64,000 bases of DNA from Octopus vulgaris (taxonomy: Eukaryota): the NCBI GenBank assembly GCA_951406725.2, contig OX597829.1:5952001-6016000 (forward strand). The letters run 5' to 3'. Shown piece by piece: positions 55,001 through 64,000 of the stretch (positions within the stretch are counted from its first letter, which is position 1; every line of letters begins with the position of its first letter). The notes under the pieces are model-generated. The model made no database searches, was not told where the DNA came from, and saw only the letters and a list, made by a program, of their open reading frames with translations. The position numbers were made by a program, and so were the translations under genes.

Positions 55001-55411
55001 TACCCAAATAATATACTAATAGCAAATAAGTTAAATAGATAAAACACACAACCCTATTTAGCCATACAAATACGACCATTTGTACGCATACATGTATACA
55101 TACACGCACGCACGCATTCAGAAGACGGCGTCAAGCAACAATATCTGCCTAGACATATTTTCTACAGCTGGATACCCCTTCTAAGGTTAATCAGTTTACA
55201 GAGTGTACAGGGCACTTTTTCGTGGTAACCAGCATAACTGAGGTGACTAAGAAATTCTTAAGACAAGTCAGACAGTGAGTGGAGGTTGTAGCATTGAGAG
55301 GCTAAAGTATGATGTAGGAACAGAAACAGGTGTCTTTTTGGAGAGAAAAGACATTACGTTATCTCAATAGACAGACGCGCGCCCGTATTTGTATGTGTTT
55401 TTTATATGGAC

Positions 55412-55545
55412 ACTAGCAGAAGGACCCACTTTCCCTCGGGTTATAAACTTATAGCCTTAAAACAGTACTCTTTGCTTGTAGTGTAATTCGACACGTTCCT
55501 TCTAGGCACGGTTAGGTAAAGGACCCATTTGTACTACGGTGTAAA
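55412..55545 (-). mobile_element. Helitron-like 3' end fragment
   Basis: Reverse complement ...acccgagggaaagtgggtccttctgCTAGt: a GC hairpin followed by CTAG. Confidence 0.5.
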
Positions 55546-55798
55546 ATAATGTATATATATAAGTATATACATAATAATATACATACACATAAGGTTACAG
55601 TTAATCAGATCTATATACTGGAATATACATATATATCCACATCAAAAGGTACATATACAAAGTCCAAAGTTCATTGTATTACATTATTAAAAATTATTAA
55701 TATGTTTTATGTGGTATTTTCCATCTACTATGTATTGTGAATAGCAGAATGCACATATTCCTTTATTGGTATTATTATTATTATTAATAATAATAATG

Positions 55799-55979
<181 letters not shown>

Positions 55980-55996
55980 TAATAATAATAATGATG

Positions 55997-56134
<138 letters not shown>

Positions 56135-56356
56135 GTTTTTAGTAATGTAATACAATGAACTTTGGACTGATTAACTGTAACCTTACGTGTATGTATATTA
56201 TTATGTATATACATATATATATATATGTAGGTGTATATACACTTATATGTATATGTATATATGTATATATGCATATTCTTGTATATGTGTACCTTCTTTA
56301 ATATCCATATTTTCATTTTATATCTTCATTTTATATCTTTATAATTGTACTTTATA

Positions 56357-56485
56357 ATCTCTGACGAGGCCTTGAGGTATATATATACAAGTAACTCATT
56401 TTTATACTGCATATTACCTCAATACATCTGACCAATATGGGCATAATGAGATACTCTTATCTACAGGCTGAAACAGCTGTAAGAT
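56357..56485 (+). ncRNA. Type I hammerhead ribozyme (minimal stem III, large stem II insert)
   Basis: atct-CTGACGA-ggcct...aggct-GAAAC-agct-GTA-agat. Stem I is 4 bp, stem II is 5 bp including G-U, and the loop AGCT is palindromic. Confidence 0.85.
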
Positions 56486-56670
56486 CTATTTTATGTGTAT
56501 TATTCTTATGGTATTATCTTACTTATTGATGTATATTGTTTTATTCTGTCTTATTCTGTTGGATTTGGATGTTCCTATTTAATCGAAATAATTAGTTAAT
56601 AAATGATATGAATAGGTATTATCTGGAATGTTGATGATTGAAAGAAATCTATTCCTCCATTTTCTTATTT

Positions 56671-56712
<42 letters not shown>

Positions 56713-56913
56713 TATAGTTTGCTATAATGAATCAATAAACATATATAAAAAAAACCAAAGTTATATTTTTTGCTCTCTGAAGATATTATGCTCTTGTCAT
56801 ATAAATTTAATATTTATTTAATATTTACTGAGCATTAACTGAAACAGCCGCAATCTTCTGTTAATAATAAACAATTATTAACTTCCCCGTCTCCATTTTC
56901 TTTTTATTCTTTT

Positions 56914-56950
<37 letters not shown>

Positions 56951-56953
<3 letters not shown>

Positions 56954-58191
56954 AGGTTGGATAAAATTATTTTAGGCTGACCAAAACACTCTCATGGAAT
57001 ATAACCAAATGAGCTTTATTTTTCAGCATGGTTCCCACACGCTTCCCCCATCGGTGTTGCAGTGCCTGGATTCCACTGGTGAAGAAGCTTTTATTCGGTT
57101 GGTCAAAAAGTCATTAACAGCAAACAGGTTCCTAGCCAAGTGCTTTTTTAACGTTGGGGAATGACGGTGGTCAGATGGGACCACATCAGGAAAATAGGGA
57201 GGTTGATCAATCAGTTCAAAGTCATAGCCCAGCACAACAGCCATTGAAACCAAGGACTTGTGTGCTGGTGCATTGTATTGATGAAACACAACCTCTTTAA
57301 TCAGTTTCCTGGGAATTTGGTTTTGATAGCCATTCGTAACTGCCTCTGTAAGTTGACATAGTATTGTTCATTGTGGTGTGGCACTTTTGAAGATAGTCAA
57401 GAAGTACAATGTCTTTTGCATCTCAAAAACCTGAGGCCATCACCTTCCTTACAGATGAAGCTTCTTTGAAGCAGGTAAGGGGACGTTTCCACTCCATGGA
57501 TGGTCTCTTTGCCTCTGGCTCAAAGTGAAGAATCCAACACCCATCCTTGCTTAGGAAACATTCAAGGAAACCAACTGGATCTGCCTCAAAGAATGTCAGA
57601 TTTTACCGGGATTTCATCAGCCTGGTGTGCTTTTGATTAGGTCTCAAAGACGAGGCAACCAAGGAGCAAAAACCATTGTCATACTGAGTTCATTGTGTAG
57701 AATTTTCTCAATTCTCTCAAAAGATATGCTAATAACATTGGCTTTTTGATTTATAGTCAATTGCCTGTCACTCTTTACAGTGTGGTGAACACGATCAATG
57801 TTTTCCTCCGTAGTGGAAGTAGAAGTTCGTTCTGACCTTAGGTCTTTTTTCAGACTGTCCGTTCCCCTCCTAAATTCAGCTGCCCACTTTTGCACTGTTG
57901 ATAAAGATGGAGCGTGATCCTCTAATGTAGCAACCACGACAGCTTTAATATCTTTGGGGGCTAAACCGGTTTTTCTGCAGGTATTTTAAAATAGCACACT
58001 GTCAAACTTTTTTTCAAGAGGGATTGCTATTTATTACATTTGAAGTGTTCTTTCAGCAGTCAGATGTCACTTTACCTAGAAAGACACAATGCAGTTATTA
58101 ATAAGAGGGGTTGAAATCAATGCATCGAATATTTCATAGCTCAAGCATCACTCGATCATAGTTAGCCTATTAGCTTTGAAGCCCACCATCG
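56951..58191 (-). mobile_element. Full-length fossil mariner (DD34D) transposon of about 1.24 kb
   Basis: HTH STVQKWAAEFRRG..., WLPRL, FHQYNAPAHKS and QPPYFPDVVPSD (decayed HPPYSPDLAPSD). Imperfect TIRs at both ends and TA at 58192-58193. Confidence 0.9.
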
Positions 58192-58717
58192 TAATGTTAG
58201 GTATAATACAATTTGAGACACTGACCACAGTTTCAAGTCTACGAAGTCATCAAAAAAAAAAAAAGAAATGAATCTTTTATAGAATCGTATTTAAAAAAGT
58301 CTCATTTCCTTCTGTAAAAACATAGAAATTCTGTCGAAATTCTCTTCATAATTGAAACTTTAATAAATCGAATCCCCATTGCTTCAGCTGCATATAAATC
58401 ACGTGGCCTTATATTCACCTTTATAATTCGTCCTTTACTAAATTCTTCCGTGTACCTTAAACTGACTGTTTCTGTCTTATTTAGCTCCAAATATAGACTG
58501 TTAGTGAGGTACCATTCCATTTTCTCAGGTTTCGAAAATAATGATATATTATATACAAATTTAAATCTCGCTGTCTGACTGTCCGTCTATCTCTTGCAGA
58601 GTTGATGATGCAAACAAGAAAACAGAAACTCGAAATATGAGTACAGGTATATGTGTGTGTGTGTGTGCGTATTTATGTGTGTGTGTATATGTATGTATAT
58701 ATACACATATATGTATA

Positions 58718-58827
<110 letters not shown>

Positions 58828-58828
58828 A

Positions 58829-58875
<47 letters not shown>

Positions 58876-58938
58876 GTGTATATATGTGTGTGTGTGTGTG
58901 TGTGTGAATATATATATATATACATACACACATAGACT

Positions 58939-59054
<116 letters not shown>

Positions 59055-59149
59055 GATAGATATTCAGAAAAGCTTTCAAAAGCTTTCCTGATAAAACCTT
59101 GTACAACTTCCATCTCCTCTATCATATAGTAGTCGTAAGCATACGTCTC

Positions 59150-59335
59150 GGAAAGTTTTATGCTTTGCCCCCTTTCTCCTTTAATGTTAGGATAAATGTA
59201 GGTAGAACATTCTTGCATTTAGTTGATATTCACTTCCCTAGAACTCTTAGAAGCACTAAATGTTTTAACAGACACACAATTAAAACTACCTTTTCTTGCT
59301 CCCCTTATGTTAAGTCATATATCAATAACTACGCT
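59150..59335 (+). mobile_element. Penelope-like element ORF fragment (RT to GIY-YIG linker)
   Basis: [25 protein letters not shown]...FNRHTIKTTFSCSPYVKSYINN matches the PLE pattern FNPPFS.NV.TNVG..FL.L.D.HFP...FNRNT.K.SYSC.PN....I. Confidence 0.8.
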
Positions 59336-59614
59336 GACAGTGCGTGTTTCTTGCGTGCGATACACGCACGCAAGAAACACACATACATTCTAAAGACGGA
59401 GTGAGAAAGAGAAGGAAAAACAGATATATAGCTATGTAGATAGATAGGTAAACGACACTGGTACAAACAGTGTAATATACGAACCCATTTACACGCACAC
59501 GAGACACACACACACACACACACAGACATATACAGACGTGCAGATAGAGATGGATACATACACAGATGGACAAAATGGAATAAGCAGGATAAGATGGGAC
59601 GCATGGGACATGGA

Positions 59615-59657
59615 GTCACTGATGAGGTCACAGAATATGTGACGAAAGAACTTTGAC
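59615..59657 (+). ncRNA. Compact type I hammerhead ribozyme motif
   Basis: gtca-CTGATGA-g-gtcaca-gaata-tgtgac-GAAAG-aa-CTT-tgac. Stem I is 4 bp, stem II is 6 bp, and the site is CUU. It lies about 280 bp downstream of the PLE ORF fragment on the same strand. Confidence 0.8.
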
Positions 59658-60207
59658 AGACATAAAAATTAAAAATGATATGAAATGAAGACCAAGTGAA
59701 TAGTGCATGTTTTTAATTGACAAAAACCAGCAAGACTGTCCGCAAGCATAACAATGTGTATAGTTGTACATTTTCGTATATTCATTAACTTATTCATTCG
59801 TGAGAGAGAATAAGAAAGAACGATAGTGATGAAGGGAAAGGAGGGCTGCAAGTGTGAAAGAGGAAAGGTTATTCTTTTCCTTCTATCAACGGGTCATGTG
59901 AATCCCACCATTCAACATTTAACGAGTCAGGTGGTCAGTATTGGTGTTATTAGAACAAATAAATAAAAAAATAAAAATGAATAAGAAACTTATAGAAAAC
60001 GGAAGAGTGATGGAGATGGAAAGGGAGTTAGGGTTGCTCCCTACAAGTTTATCTCCACCATCCCGCCACCACTATCAGCAATACCATCGTACCACCGACT
60101 CACTCTTTCTCCTAGCATTTATTTACCTTGATGAGGAGCTACGACGAAATTCAACAGGCGATGAGACTTGTATTGTACGCTGAGAGAGAAAGAGAGAGAG
60201 AGGGGGG

Positions 60208-60265
<58 letters not shown>

Positions 60266-60479
60266 GATGAAGCTGAAAGTGATGGTGATGGGGTAGGGAA
60301 GTTGCTGTGGTCTTGTTGTACTGATGATAATATTTTAGTGAGGTTGATGGTAAGGTAGGAGCTGATGTCTTAGAAATGAAGAAAGTGAAGGTGAAATGGC
60401 AGAAGAAATCGAAATGATGCTAATGCCAACGATAGTGGCAGCAGAGATGTTTTTGTTGGTAAATGCAGAGATGACGAGT

Positions 60480-61870
60480 GATGCAATCGTTGCGTTGTTT
60501 TTTAGCCTCAAATTAGTCCTAATCGAGCAGTTTTCTAACATAATTGTGGTCGACCAAACAGTCAAAGATAACAGAAAAGTCATCTTCCAGTTAGTTATAG
60601 CAAGCCAATGTCTAGCTGAAGTCCATACTATACGCACCAACTTGAATTGATGAGCTTTAGAGGTGCCGTGTAACATAAAGTATAGGATGTAGTCTGGATA
60701 TATTTCATTCTCTCCACTGTCTAATTTATTTGTACACGCACGTAGATTCTGGCGGTGGGCACAAGAAACAAGCGAGGCGGGATTGATCTGGACTTGGTTT
60801 TGGTAGTATGAATCGCAGCACAGTGGAATATAGTATTGCTATTACAGATATTTCTATTTGTATGTTTTCTTGAAAGTGGTGTAAAGTTGAGGGGAAAAGT
60901 GAGTGTTTAATGCTCCGGAGTGTTTGGAAATTACTTTGCATGTAGCTTAGAAAGCTGGTGAGCATAGAAGGCTGGTGGGCCTGTAAGATGTTACTTCACT
61001 TAAGGTTTTACTGGAATTTAAGATTATTAAATTTTTTCCCAGCTTTCAGATTATGGGAATTTGACATTATTTGCACAAGTAATTATAGGTATCGGTGAGT
61101 TCAGTGACTTATTTTGACCCTAAGTTCCATTCTCTTGTGTGGGTATATTAGACACTAATTTTTGATAAATAACTAAGAAGGATGTTTGCTTTGTGTGACA
61201 ATGTGGATATGATATATGAAGTTCCTATTTTGACACGGGTGGAGTATAGCGCTGTTCTTACTCATTTTGATGCTGCTAAAAACTTTACTGTTAGATTAAA
61301 AATTTGTGTCGGATAAAATTACTGCTTTATCTTTGTTATTTATTGCTTTGTTGTTTCATTCCTAGCTTTATTTCTATTGCGTGTGCTTTTGATGTGTTGA
61401 GGCTACATTTGCTTTGAAGTTTGTCCGTTTCTGATTTGTATTTGATTTTTATGCTATGTTCGTTACAACTTTTGAAAACATCTATAACTATTACATTCGA
61501 TACGTGTCATTACGGTGTCCGATTTAGTGGTTACGTTGTTGAATTCTGAAAACCTTGAGTCTGTTCCTTGCTGGAACTCGTCCCCAGCGTTTTTCCTACT
61601 TTACTTTTTTTTGTTTTTGAAATCATTGCTTTTTAAAAAAATTCCTTGGTAGTCCGAGTCCAATTGCTTGCTGGATATCTATTGTAGGTAGGTGCATGGC
61701 GTAGAAGGTGATATTTGGAGGAGAGCTGTTCTAGATGCATTAGTGATGCCATTTACACGCCATGGTGTGAATCGGTTAAGAAGTAAATGATTTCTAGTTA
61801 GAATGTTCTTGTATTATCTTTCGATATCTGCACCATTTTTAAAACAGTAGAGTCGAGCGCATTCTAGCAA
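60480..61870 (-). mobile_element. Possible highly decayed Penelope-like RT element
   Basis: NIPTQENG resembles the PLE NIPH.EG motif, and the strand has a T-rich bias. Weak. Confidence 0.3.
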
Positions 61871-63196
61871 AGCCCAATGATTGTAGTTAACAGAGTGTAG
61901 CATTTAGCAGGTTGGTTAAGTGGAAGCAAAGTTTAAGATAAAAAAGATGGTAATAGCGAAAGATGATGGCGACGTCGACAACAACAGCCATGATGATAAT
62001 GACGATCATGAGGATGATAGTATAGATGGTTTTATTTCTTGATGGTATTGCATTCTTCCCCAAACCTTGCGAAGTAATTTTACTACGAGATAAAAGAAAA
62101 TACATTTAATATCAGCCCACGGGGCCCAAAGTTTTAAGCATCGTTAGTTTGATAAAAGATCTCAACCATGGAGATTGAATTTATTTAGGTGTCATAAATA
62201 ATACTCAACCAGTGGAAGTCTCATAGTTCGGCCTCAAGCCAGGAAATAAATGGTGCTGTGATGGGGTAACGTAAAGGCTTTACGTATGGTGTGCCCGGAA
62301 ACAAATATGCACAACTTCCTTTATGAACGGCAACAGACTCTTTGCTTACGTAAAATTACAAAATTTTAAATGCTTGTAACTTTGTATTATCTATTTATAG
62401 AAAACTACATCGGAACTATATTTATAAAATAATGGTCAAGGAAAACTTTGAAAACCTTATATATATATATAAAACAAAATATATAAGAAAGGTTAAGACA
62501 TATGAAAGGCTTGAATGTAGACATAATATATAAATATAAAAAGCATGTTCTATCTGTGATCTTGGGCGACCAGAAACGTAACAAATGTTTTGCCATATGT
62601 GGACATGACCCAAAAAGTTCATTTCTTGATTTTAGACATGTATTTATGTTATCTACACACATATACTCAAAGAAACATGCAAATTCAGCATCCACTATTC
62701 AGTATTCTCGTCCATTGACATCTATATGTGTTTGTATATGTGTGTTCGCGTATCTGTATGTGTATAATTACACACATACACAAGCACACGCAAATATATT
62801 TAGAAAATGTACTCAATAGATTGAGCACTAATACAGTCTGTACGCACAATTTTTGGAGTAACACGAGTTTTTAGGCAGAAAAAAGGCGAAAATTATTTAA
62901 TACACATTCTGGCTCATTCATTCGACCAGATCTGAAGGATCATGCATTTCATTATTTTAGATTACATAGTCACTAAATTTGCTTCACCACTACCTTTACG
63001 TTGCAACAATTGGTTACCGCTCCTCTGTCTCTCACTCCTCTTATCTCTCCTTCTATTTCTCTCTCTCTCCTCCTTCCATCTCCCTGTCTACCTGCCTGCT
63101 TATCTGCCTGTTTCTCTCACTCTATAACCTCCTCTATCTCCGCATACATACATACATACATACATACATACATACATACATACATACATACACACT

Positions 63197-63249
<53 letters not shown>

Positions 63250-63403
63250 TTAATTTTATTTTTTAGGGAATAAAATTTCTAGCATAACAGGGGGTTCATA
63301 TTATTCTCAATGAGAAGAAATATATTTTCATTTAGAGATAGTAGGCCCCTCCATCCCACCATATAAAAGAAATTTAATTTAAATATTTACTACTTTATAA
63401 CTT

Positions 63404-63498
63404 GGTTACCCGTGTTTCATGAGGTTTATTTCCCGGTTCCTTAACCACGCCGTGTTTTGCTGGAACCATTCATAAAATATAGCCCCAATCATCAGGCC
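63404..63498 (-). ncRNA. Hammerhead ribozyme motif with intact core and mismatched helix ends
   Basis: Reverse complement reads ggc-CTGATGA-ttgggg...cctcat-GAAAC-acgg-GTA-acc, within an AT-rich module starting at (TA)n near 63250. Confidence 0.6.
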
Positions 63499-64000
63499 CC
63501 TATCTCACTTTCTCATAGTTTGATACTATAAACTATATTTTAATTTTTTAAACAAATATGTATGTGTAAAATAGGCATGTATAAAATAGGTTTGCCGGAC
63601 CCTACCGTACAAGCCATAATTTAATTCAAATAAAAATAAAAAATTACAAAAATAAAAATAAAACTAAAAATAAAGACTTACAAAAAAAAATAAAGATGAA
63701 AATAAAAAGTACGAATAAAAATAAAAATTTACAAAAACTATGTTCTTACGTAATTTATGTCTATAAATATAAAATTAATGATATATAGGGTCAATAATAA
63801 AAATATATACTTGTGATGATATAAAATGATATAAAATGAAAGGAATAGCAAAAGAAATATATATTCGAATCAAAATGGAAGCAATAACGAATAAATATTT
63901 TCAAATAAAAACTATTGTACGAATGAGGAAATGCAAAATTTACAAATGATACGAATGATAGCAATTAAAAATTTACAAAGTAAAAATAACTTAAGGGTAA

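Overview
This is AT-rich, microsatellite-dense eukaryotic non-coding DNA. The SINE families resemble those I recall from Octopus, so a coleoid cephalopod origin is an inference. I found no supportable host exon, tRNA, rRNA or CRISPR array, and nearly all ORF-track entries are translated microsatellites. The window is a graveyard of mobile elements: RTE LINEs (one with a 5' inversion of twin-priming geometry), an R4/Dong-type RLE LINE in (TAA)n, CR1 3' ends, mariner/Tc1 fossils, Helitron-like ends, several tRNA-derived SINE families and many Penelope-like (PLE) remnants. The most notable signal is about 17 minimal hammerhead-ribozyme-like motifs (CUGAnGA...GAAAC..UH) on both strands. Three fold cleanly by eye (21617-21718, 56357-56485, 59615-59657). 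One small family appears to carry U at the normally invariant core position A6. These motifs tend to sit in short, often fold-back modules next to (TA)n tracts. The window also has many local inverted duplications, including a perfect 130-bp palindrome. All calls were made by eye, and element boundaries are approximate.
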